Of a DNA stretch of 42,366 bases, positions 1 through 8,100 are shown one piece after another. Made by a program: the position numbers and the translations under genes. The notes below the pieces were generated by a model, which saw only the letters and a program-made list of their open reading frames with translations, made no database searches and was not told the DNA's origin. Source of the DNA: a virus (lineage: Duplodnaviria; Caudoviricetes); IMG/VR virus record IMGVR_UViG_3300024981_000260, positions 1 to 42,366 of that record; one strand, written 5' to 3'. The stretch's first letter is position 1. Every line of letters begins with the position of its first letter.

Positions 1-213
1 ATGCGGCATAGATGGAATAAAAATATAAAGTGGGAAGGTCAGATGCCTGAAAGCGTATATAAGATTGATCAGTGCGCTACCTGTGGCTTATACCGAATGC
101 ATAAGCAAACCCATAAGATGTTTACCAAGACGTACCTGAAGTCAGGATCTGAAACTGAGAATTTACCTGAATGTAAAGACAAAAACCTATTCTCCGAAGC
201 GTCGGGGAACTAA
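1..213 (+). CDS. Small phage hypothetical protein with CxxC (may be 5'-truncated)
   Basis: ORF track, CATC motif, co-oriented with early genes. Confidence 0.5.
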   Translation: MRHRWNKNIKWEGQMPESVYKIDQCATCGLYRMHKQTHKMFTKTYLKSGSETENLPECKDKNLFSEASGN

Positions 214-288
214 TTAGATACATATTGACACGCAGCCGTATGCTGCACTACCAAGCGATTATTGTAAACAAAAAAACAAAGAAAGATT

Positions 289-495
289 ATGGCATCAATT
301 AACCAATTTGAAACCCTGTTAGACGCTAAAAATGTAGAGATCGATGAGATCAGAATGCAAGGAAAGAATGTAGCGAAGGTATTCGGTAAAATATCCGGAC
401 AAAGTTACTACTGGCTTGGATCGGGTATCTGCTTTTCGAGGACAGGTACTCGTAAACCAATACTCGACTTAACGCTGAATAGCCATGAAACCTAA
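289..495 (+). CDS. Phage hypothetical protein
   Basis: 68-aa ORF with A-rich leader. Confidence 0.6.
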   Translation: MASINQFETLLDAKNVEIDEIRMQGKNVAKVFGKISGQSYYWLGSGICFSRTGTRKPILDLTLNSHET

Positions 496-610
496 AAGCA
501 AGATCCCCTATTTCTTAATATACATTGGTATACTGGCATTGCTTTTCAGCCTGCTATGCGATCTTGGAATAACCCTTTTAATTAAACTATTATTAAGCCT
601 ATTCCCATGA
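485..610 (+). CDS. 41-aa hydrophobic membrane peptide (not in ORF track)
   Basis: MKPKSKIPYFLIYIGILALLFSLLCDLGITLLIKLLLSLFP; fills the gap, ATGA overlap with the next gene. Confidence 0.55.
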   Translation: MKPKSKIPYFLIYIGILALLFSLLCDLGITLLIKLLLSLFP

Positions 611-885
611 CTCCCGATTACACTCACATGCGAATGAACGACTATAAGTGGATATACCATTATATAGATGTAATGGGCAGAACTAAGTTTTTTGAGCTTT
701 TATATAGTCGTTACAAATGGTTGATGTCGAAACCTAAAGGATGGACCTATTATCTTCCACTTAGTGAGAAGCTGGATACAGATGAAGAAAAAGATCTAAT
801 GATAAAAACAGTATGCCTATTCATTTCAGAAGGGCACGGCGATTATCAGTTTTCCGAGAATTATACAACGATAATGAGAACCTAA
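607..885 (+). CDS. Phage hypothetical protein
   Basis: 92-aa ORF tightly packed in operon. Confidence 0.7.
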   Translation: MTPDYTHMRMNDYKWIYHYIDVMGRTKFFELLYSRYKWLMSKPKGWTYYLPLSEKLDTDEEKDLMIKTVCLFISEGHGDYQFSENYTTIMRT

Positions 886-886
886 A

Positions 887-1306
887 ATGAGTAAAGAAAT
901 AAAAACAAGGAAAAGACCTTGGTCTCCGGCAGAAGAAGATTGGTTGTATCTGAATATGTATATAAAAACCATGCCTGAGCTGTGTGCTTATCTTCAGCGT
1001 AGCGAAAATGCGATAAAGCTAAAAATGCACCGCGAACGTCAGAATCCGAAATCGATAGTAAAAGATAATGTTTTACTGCGTATTCTCCGGGCTAAGTTTT
1101 CCGATCCGTCTCTCTTTACTCCAAACAAAGAGTTCTTCCGTGCCGTGAAAATAGGGCAGAAGCGTTTTTGGATGATTTACAAGGGTCTTGAGAAACTAAC
1201 CGGCGAAGAATGTCAGCGGGTGTGCGGTCACCTCGGTATGAAGTATGTTGATTATGTAGATTGCTTACAATTAACATTTGAGGGGGGGATTTTAGATGAA
1301 AAATAA
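887..1306 (+). CDS. Putative DNA-binding regulator (Myb-like N-terminus, HTH-like C-terminus)
   Basis: RKRPWSPAEEDWL...LQRSENAIKLK pattern; C-terminal IGQKRFWMIYKG helix pattern. Confidence 0.55.
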   Translation: MSKEIKTRKRPWSPAEEDWLYLNMYIKTMPELCAYLQRSENAIKLKMHRERQNPKSIVKDNVLLRILRAKFSDPSLFTPNKEFFRAVKIGQKRFWMIYKGLEKLTGEECQRVCGHLGMKYVDYVDCLQLTFEGGILDEK

Positions 1307-1496
1307 TACGCTGAAACTAATATTAATAGGACTATTCCTGTTAGTTATCATTCTCTCATGCTTATTGTATCTACAGCATAAAGAACTAGAGATATATAAA
1401 GACCTCCAAAGGATAAACAGTCGTGCTATTGAGGAATATCGTGAAGATCTATCGAGGGAAGATTCGATAATCGAGTATTTAAATGAAACAAAATAA
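1296..1496 (+). CDS. Small membrane-anchored protein
   Basis: N-terminal hydrophobic helix LILIGLFLLVIILSCLLYL followed by charged helix. Confidence 0.6.
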   Translation: MKNNTLKLILIGLFLLVIILSCLLYLQHKELEIYKDLQRINSRAIEEYREDLSREDSIIEYLNETK

Positions 1497-1517
1497 CCAT
1501 TCAAATAAAATAAAATT

Positions 1518-1991
1518 ATGAATCAAAAACAATTAGAACAGAAGATTATAAGATTACATAAGTCTTCTGCAGAAGTACAGTCAGTCCTTGAGGCTGAATT
1601 CGGAAAAGAATTTTTCAATCGGGATATAACCGAGCGTATTAACGGATGGGAAGATATGTTAGCCGAAACAGGTCTACCGGATATACCGGAGTTTACAGAG
1701 CTTCCTGAACGCTTGAGAAATCATTTTAAGAAATACTATCGGTGTGTGGTTATGACTGAGGCTTATAACGAAGGTGAAAAAATGGATATATACAACGAAG
1801 ACGAATATCGCCACTATCCATATTTCGCTACAAATGGTGGTCCTTCTGCGTTCGCTTTCAGGTACTCGGGTTACGTTTTCACGACTGCGGATGCGGGGTC
1901 GGGTTCCCGCCTTTCGTTCAAAAGCGAGAAGCTGGCAAATATTGCGGGAACAAAACATGCTGATATCTATCGCGAATATTTAGAGTCATAA
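1518..1991 (+). CDS. DGR target protein 1 (157 aa)
   Basis: Contains VR1 in frame (GPSAFAFRYSGYVFTTADAGSGSRL); paralog of the next two ORFs. Confidence 0.92.
   Translation: MNQKQLEQKIIRLHKSSAEVQSVLEAEFGKEFFNRDITERINGWEDMLAETGLPDIPEFTELPERLRNHFKKYYRCVVMTEAYNEGEKMDIYNEDEYRHYPYFATNGGPSAFAFRYSGYVFTTADAGSGSRLSFKSEKLANIAGTKHADIYREYLES
1837..1914 (+). repeat. DGR variable repeat VR1
   Basis: Ungapped match to TR 2833-2910; 12 mismatches, all at TR adenines. Confidence 0.95.
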
Positions 1992-2011
1992 ATTATAAAA
2001 AAAAAGAAACA

Positions 2012-2383
2012 ATGGAAAAAGACATCACAAAACTAGTAACATCTTACGAAGATGCATGTGCCTACTTGAAAAAAGAACCGGTAAATGAAGCTGCTTTATT
2101 GGCAGCCGGTGCAACTCCAAAACAAATTGCAGGAATGAAATTAGAGGATATTACACTTGCCTTGAATGAAGGTAAGCCTACAGATATCTATAATGGCCAA
2201 CGCCGATGGTTTCCTGTCTCTTGGTCGGGTTCTGGTCGTTCTGCGTTCGCTTTCCGGTACTCGTATTACGATTACGCGATTGCGCATGCGGGGTCGGGTT
2301 CCCGCCTTTCGTATCACGAAGAGCGTATAAGCGACTATTCGGGAACGCACTTCTGTTCTCTTTGGCAAGAATATTTATCCTAA
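2012..2383 (+). CDS. DGR target protein 2 (123 aa)
   Basis: Contains VR2 in frame (GRSAFAFRYSYYDYAIAHAGSGSRL). Confidence 0.92.
   Translation: MEKDITKLVTSYEDACAYLKKEPVNEAALLAAGATPKQIAGMKLEDITLALNEGKPTDIYNGQRRWFPVSWSGSGRSAFAFRYSYYDYAIAHAGSGSRLSYHEERISDYSGTHFCSLWQEYLS
2233..2309 (+). repeat. DGR variable repeat VR2
   Basis: Ungapped match to TR; 11 mismatches at TR adenines plus one C>G at the 5' edge (2238). Confidence 0.95.
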
Positions 2384-2405
2384 ACAAATCCTCAAATATA
2401 TCACA

Positions 2406-2801
2406 ATGAAAGAATTAAAGAAATTACTTGAAGAAAGATTATCCTCTATAGAGGATGCATACAGAGAAACCGAGCTTCCTAAAATTGATTTTACAGTCTA
2501 TCCCGAAAAAATGCGAGAACATCAGGAAGCTGACTATAACGCAAAGGTAATAGTCGAAGCAGCCCGAAAAATTGAGAAAGAATGCGGATTGGGTGAAATA
2601 GATTGGTCTGACTCCAACCAACCTAAATGGATACCTTGGTTTTGGATGCGTCCTTCTGCGTTCGCTTTCGTGTGCTCGCTTTACGTTCGCACGGATGCGT
2701 TTGCGGGGTCGGGTTCCCGCCTTCGCGTGCTAAGCGAAGTCGCTGCCGATCATATCGGCAAAACATTTCCTGAAGTTTGGGAAGCTGTTCAACTCAAATA
2801 A
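2406..2801 (+). CDS. DGR target protein 3 (131 aa)
   Basis: Contains VR3 in frame (RPSAFAFVCSLYVRTDAFAGSGSRL). Confidence 0.92.
   Translation: MKELKKLLEERLSSIEDAYRETELPKIDFTVYPEKMREHQEADYNAKVIVEAARKIEKECGLGEIDWSDSNQPKWIPWFWMRPSAFAFVCSLYVRTDAFAGSGSRLRVLSEVAADHIGKTFPEVWEAVQLK
2650..2723 (+). repeat. DGR variable repeat VR3
   Basis: Ungapped match to TR; 15 mismatches, all at TR adenines. Confidence 0.95.
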
Positions 2802-2811
2802 TCAATCAAAT

Positions 2812-3010
2812 AAGGCTGTTTGCTTTGAACCCGTGGTCCTTCTGCGTTCGCTTTCAAGAACTCGAATTACGATAACACGAATGCGAATGCGGGGTCGGGT
2901 TCCCACAATTGTAAAGTAATAAACCAAAGCAAAAGCCCCGCCGCTTGGCGAAAAATAACAATTCAAAAGGTTCTGGTAGGGAAACCGAACGATCCGATAA
3001 GAAACAAAGG
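2812..3010 (+). ncRNA. Putative DGR RNA (TR plus structured flanks/spacer); boundaries approximate
   Basis: Stem 2814-2827/2925-2937 encloses TR; hairpins at 2939-2950 and 2970-2990. Confidence 0.65.
2833..2910 (+). repeat. DGR template repeat (TR)
   Basis: Intergenic; GGT CCT TCT GCG TTC GCT TTC AAG AAC TCG AAT TAC GAT AAC ACG AAT GCG AAT GCG GGG TCG GGT TCC CAC AAT; AAY-rich; in-frame TGA at 2826 just upstream, so not an ORF. Confidence 0.95.
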
Positions 3011-3024
3011 CAGTATATAATTAT

Positions 3025-3786
3025 ATGAAAAAACTTATATCATTTTCAGGGGGGGTAGAAAGCCGTACTATGGCAATACTATACGGAAATAAAGCTAATG
3101 CCATTTTTGCTGATACAGGTAATGAACATTTAGCCTTGTATGCCGGACTCAATACCGTTGAAAACAAAATAAGGGAATTTCATAATAATGATTTTAAAAT
3201 AATTAGAGTGAAGAATGAGGAATGGGATAGTCTTGATGACTATATAAGGTACTCAAAATTCTTTCCATCATTCAATCAAAGATTTTGTACACGTATGTTC
3301 AAGATTGAACCGATAGACAACTATCTAAAGCAATTCAAAGATGAAGGTGTAGAAATTATGATTGGACTGAATGCGGATGAAAAAGATTTGAGAACAGGAA
3401 ATCATGGACTACTTCCTTTCGTTCAATATTCTTACCCTTTAGCTGATGATGGTATAGATAGAAGGATGTGTTACGAGATATTAAATGCTGCGGGTATAGC
3501 ACCTAATTTTCCTCCCTATATGAAGAGAGGGGGATGTTATAATTGCTATTATAAGACAAAGAAGGAATATAAAGCAATGGCTTTTATGTCTCCAAATGAA
3601 TTCGATAAGATTATTTCTTTAGAAGAAGATATTCAAGATAAAAGGGAAGAATATTATCACATTATACCATGTATTCCAAATCTGCGAGAATTTAAGAAAG
3701 AAGCACAATCAATGCTTTTTGAGGCGAATGATATGTATCCGGTAATAAATACAGCAACTAAATGTGGTGTATTTTGTAACAGATAA
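3025..3786 (+). CDS. Phosphoadenosine phosphosulfate (PAPS) reductase-family / PP-loop protein
   Basis: ISFSGGVES PP-loop variant, FADTGNE, RFCTRMFKIEP, RGGCYNC, C-terminal CGVFC. Confidence 0.8.
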   Translation: MKKLISFSGGVESRTMAILYGNKANAIFADTGNEHLALYAGLNTVENKIREFHNNDFKIIRVKNEEWDSLDDYIRYSKFFPSFNQRFCTRMFKIEPIDNYLKQFKDEGVEIMIGLNADEKDLRTGNHGLLPFVQYSYPLADDGIDRRMCYEILNAAGIAPNFPPYMKRGGCYNCYYKTKKEYKAMAFMSPNEFDKIISLEEDIQDKREEYYHIIPCIPNLREFKKEAQSMLFEANDMYPVINTATKCGVFCNR

Positions 3787-4790
3787 TGATAATGAAGAGA
3801 ATAGGAAACTTATATACAAGAATTTACGATTTAGATAATCTATATCTTGCTTATAGTAAAGCGAAAACAGGAAAGTCCAAATCGAAAGGTGTAATACAAT
3901 TTGAGTCCAATCTGGATAATAATATCCTGCGGATACAAAAAGAGCTGATCGAACAAACATATATTACTTCAGAGTATAATGTTTTTACAATCCGTGATCC
4001 CAAAGAACGGACTATTTACAGCTTACCATTCCGTGATCGTGTTGTTCAGCATGCAATAATGAATATTATTGAAAGCCTATGGACTTCCGTATTTATCTCT
4101 CATTCTTACTCGAGTATAAAAGGCAAAGGTATTCATGGAGCATGGAAGCATATCAGGCGCGATATGAAAAATCGGAAACAAACGCAATATTGCCTGAAGA
4201 TGGATATTACAAAATTCTATCCTTCGATCGATCATCATATTATGAAACAGATAATCCGGAAGAAAATAAAGGATATAAAGCTTCTTGCTTTATTAGATGG
4301 GATTATCGATTCTGCTCCGGGTATGCCTATTGGTAATTATCTTTCTCAGTTTTTGGCTAATCTATACCTTTCTTATTTCGATCACTGGCTGAAAGAAGTA
4401 AAAAGAGTGAAATATTACTATCGTTATGCAGATGATTTAATTATTCTCGGAGATAGTAAACAGGATCTTCATTTGCTTCGCATCGATATACAAACCTATT
4501 TATCCGAAAATCTTAAGTTGAAACTGAAATCTAATTATCAGGTATTTCCTATCGTATCTCGAGGAATAGACTTTATAGGCTATGTGTTCTTTCATACACA
4601 TACGATGCTGCGTAAGCGAATAAAAAAGAACTTCTGTAGATGTGTAGCCAAATTGAATAGAAAGATAATGACGGCAAAAGACTACCGTATTAAAATATGT
4701 TCCTGGCTGGGATGGTGTAAGTATTGTAATTCTAAAAACTTAATTAAAACAATAATTAAACATGAAGAAGTTCTCAGATCTTGGTATTAA
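3786..4790 (+). CDS. DGR reverse transcriptase (start 3786 or 3792)
   Basis: PKERTI, FRDRVVQHA, KMDITKFYPSIDH, GMPIGNYLSQ (DGR-type GxxxSQ), YRYADD, GIDFIGY; 334 aa without maturase/endonuclease domains. Confidence 0.95.
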   Translation: MIMKRIGNLYTRIYDLDNLYLAYSKAKTGKSKSKGVIQFESNLDNNILRIQKELIEQTYITSEYNVFTIRDPKERTIYSLPFRDRVVQHAIMNIIESLWTSVFISHSYSSIKGKGIHGAWKHIRRDMKNRKQTQYCLKMDITKFYPSIDHHIMKQIIRKKIKDIKLLALLDGIIDSAPGMPIGNYLSQFLANLYLSYFDHWLKEVKRVKYYYRYADDLIILGDSKQDLHLLRIDIQTYLSENLKLKLKSNYQVFPIVSRGIDFIGYVFFHTHTMLRKRIKKNFCRCVAKLNRKIMTAKDYRIKICSWLGWCKYCNSKNLIKTIIKHEEVLRSWY

Positions 4791-5079
4791 GCCAATTGAT
4801 GATAAAGCAATATTCAGAGTACCAAGAATATCTATTACCGATATTTTAAACTGTGAAATAGAGATCCTTGATTACGAATCAGGTATAAAAACAAGTCAAG
4901 GACCTAACCGGTACATAGTAAGAATTAGGCACGAAGGCCAAGAATGTAAATTTTTTACAGATTCAAAACGAATAAAAGATACTCTAGATCAGGTAAAAAA
5001 AGAAGATTTTCCTTTTAAAACAACCATTCGTCAACTGAGATTTGATTCTGGTAGTGCTAAATCATTTGAATTTACATGA
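4762..5079 (+). CDS. Hypothetical 105-aa protein overlapping RT 3' end; candidate DGR accessory factor
   Basis: 29-nt overlap with RT; alternating beta-strand-like pattern. Confidence 0.75.
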   Translation: MKKFSDLGIKPIDDKAIFRVPRISITDILNCEIEILDYESGIKTSQGPNRYIVRIRHEGQECKFFTDSKRIKDTLDQVKKEDFPFKTTIRQLRFDSGSAKSFEFT

Positions 5080-5115
5080 ATACTATTATTGATAAACTTT
5101 TAAAAGCAGCATAAA

Positions 5116-8100
5116 ATGTCTCAAAACACTGCCATACCCCAACATATAATCGATCAGGTAAACGATATCGATATTATAGATGTAGTTAGCGAATATGTTT
5201 CACTCAAGCGTAGCGGCGTCAACTGGATAGGCCTCTGTCCGTTCCATACAGATAAATCACCATCGTTCTACGTCTCGCCATCGAAACAGATTTGCAAATG
5301 CTTTGCCTGTGGCAATCCCGAGAAAGGCGGTGTTATAAACTTTGTCCAACAGATAGAAGGCATTTCTTTTCCTTCTGCCGTTCGCCTATTGGCTAAGAAG
5401 CACAATATCGATATACCCGAAATACAACTTTCACCCGAGGAAGAAGCAAAAGAAAAACGCAAAGATTCGCAATATATAGCTCTTGCAGCCACACAAAAGC
5501 AGTTCGAAGATAACTATCAGGCTTCTCCCGACACACAGAACTATATAAACAATGTCCGTCAGATATCTGAAGATTTCCGAAAGCTATACGGTATCGGTTT
5601 TGCACCCGGAGGCAATCAGTTGTCAAAGCTGTTGCCGTCGAAAGGATATAAAACAGATACCTTGCTCTCAGTCGGTGTTCTCAAGCAGCATGAAGAAAGC
5701 GGAAATGTGTCCGACCGGTTCTATAATAGGGCTATGTTCCCATACTACGATTTGCAAGGACGTGTTATCGGTTTTACAGGACGTGATCTTACCGGGCAGG
5801 CAGAGCATGGGTTTAAGTATATAAACTCGCCGACTACCGACATTTTCAACAAAAGTATTGCAATATGGGGGTTATGGCAGGCAAAAAAACGCATATCCGA
5901 AACGCATAAGGTACATGTCGTAGAAGGACAGACCGATGTCATCAGCTTTGCTCAAAATGGATTGCAAAATACCGTTGCAGGATCGGGCACGGCATTTACC
6001 GATGCACAGGTAAAAATATTGCATCGCTTTGCCGATACGGTTGTATTGGTATACGATGGCGACCGAGCAGGGGTTAAGGCGAGTATGAAACAAATACAAA
6101 CATTCCTGTCGTATGGAATGACTGTGCTTTGCTTCCGTCTTCCTGAAGGCTTAGACCCTGACGACCTCGCAAAGAAGCTCGGTAAAGATTCACTTCCTAA
6201 AAAGATACAGCAAGGCGAACAATCTTTCGAAAAATACATGTTTGATATTCTCGATGCCGGCAAGAAAGAAAAGGAAGAGCGTATTGAGGCGCTCGATGCA
6301 ATTTGCGAATGTATTGCTTGTATTCCCGATACTGATTTGCAGTCGGAATATATCAGGTCTCTAGCCAATATGTTCGAGATGTCGGCAATCGATATCAAAA
6401 AGCGTGTGCAGGGACTAAATAAAAACAAGGTTGTTATAGAAGATTGGAAGCCCGGATTCTATGGCATCGAAGAAGCTTCTGCATTCCTGGCTAAAGATAA
6501 ATCGGTGGTCTGTGAACTAACGTTCGACCATGATCTATTTATGACCGATTCGCATGAGCGTCCCATTGTATACGCCTATGGAAATCCTTCGACGTACGAT
6601 ATACAGTCGCTGCGTACCAAGATTAACCGCTTCCGTGTTTCTGCCGACGAAGATAATATTGTACCGTCCTATACAGAAACGTCCGAACTGGGTACCTTAA
6701 AAATGCTATTCAAAGAGGGTTTTGATATTCAGGTGGAAGCATCTATTTATAACTCGAACCGTGACTACAGCGATGATTCCGAAGATGAAGAAAGCTTTGT
6801 CTCTTCCGATTCGTATTACGACTTCTGTAACTTCTATATCGTAGGCTATGGCTATATGATATCCGGAGAAACAAACGGTTTGCTAAAATCGGATATGATA
6901 GAACGCTGTGCCGAAGTAATTTCGGAACTCAAAGCTGCCGCTCGTGAGGTTATGATGAAAAGTTATGCCAAGCGTCTGGGTGTAGATAAGACAGCCCTCG
7001 ATAAGATTCTAAAGCCTATCCTTGCCACAAAGAAAGATAATAGCAAATTCAATGCGCAGCGGCTTGCCGAAATGGGCGATATTGCGACCTTATACGACTC
7101 TTCTGCCGTTCCTCCCTATGTGTTGGAAGATAAAGTATTAAATAATATTCATACCCTATACAATTTCTATCCCTTGCGTAACAGTAAAGGCGAAAATGTA
7201 GCATGGATGTATAAGAATTCGACAGGAAACGGTTATTCCAGAATTACAGATTTTGTAATCGAACCACTCTTACATGTATACGATAAGTTGTCTCAAGCCA
7301 ACAAGCGTGTTGTTTATCTTCGTCACATGCGCCCTGAATTAAATCGGTATGTAGAGTTGCAGAGTAGTGTTTTGGTAAATCTTACAGACCTGAATAAAAA
7401 AATATACGATGAAGGGAATTTTATTTTCAGAGGTACAAATTCTCAATGGCAAGATATCCGTTCGGCTATTTCCTATGACTTTACATTTTGTCGCGAATTG
7501 CGTATCCTGGGACAGCATACATCCGAAGTTTTTGCTTTTGGAAATGCAATCTTTCATAAAGTAAAAGATACTGAGACAGGAAGATCTAAATATGAAATTT
7601 CGTACGCCGACAAAATTGGTATTGTAAGTCATGGTAATGACAATTTCTATCTTCCGGCATTCTCCGAAATACGCATATCCGACTTTGATAAAGACGATAG
7701 CTATAAACAAGCTGTGCATCTCAAATATAAAGAAATACCCGAAAAAGACCGCCTTACGTTCGATCAGTGGGCCTCACTGATGGATGAAGTATACAAGATA
7801 AATAACAATGGCAAATGGGCTATATTGTACGCTATTACATCGGCTTTTCGTGATTTCATTTTCAAAGAACGCCGTTTCTTTACCGCATTGTTTTTCATCG
7901 GTCCTACTTCTTCAGGTAAATCTCAGGTAGCTTCCAGTATCCGCAATTTATTTATGGATGTCGATATGCCTTTGTTTAACCTAAATACAGGTTCTTTTGC
8001 GTCGCTTACCATGCTGATGGAACAGTTGCGAAATATTGTCCTGGTACTCGAGGAATATAACGATAAGCAAATACAAGATCAGGTATTTCAATTACTGAAG

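Larger units (their letters stand above)
1518..5079 (+). mobile_element. Diversity-generating retroelement cassette (3 targets - TR - PAPS reductase-like - RT - small ORF)
   Basis: DGR-type RT plus a TR and three VRs differing at TR adenines. Confidence 0.95.

Noticed and set aside
1837-2910. Four repeats as a CRISPR array or plain gene duplication
   Set aside because: Three copies are in-frame parts of genes, spacing is irregular, flanks are divergent and mismatches are confined to TR adenines
2833-2925. TR as a fourth protein-coding paralog
   Set aside because: In-frame TGA at 2826-2828 and no start codon before the repeat
3025-3786. cysH sulfate assimilation gene or a Dnd phosphorothioation system
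   Set aside because: No other cys or dnd/ssp genes in the window and the PP-loop is divergent; only a family-level call is supportable
3786-4790. RT as group II intron, retron or Abi RT
   Set aside because: Has the DGR-type IGNYLSQ motif, no maturase/HNH domain or retron VTG motif, and an adjacent TR/VR set with adenine-specific differences
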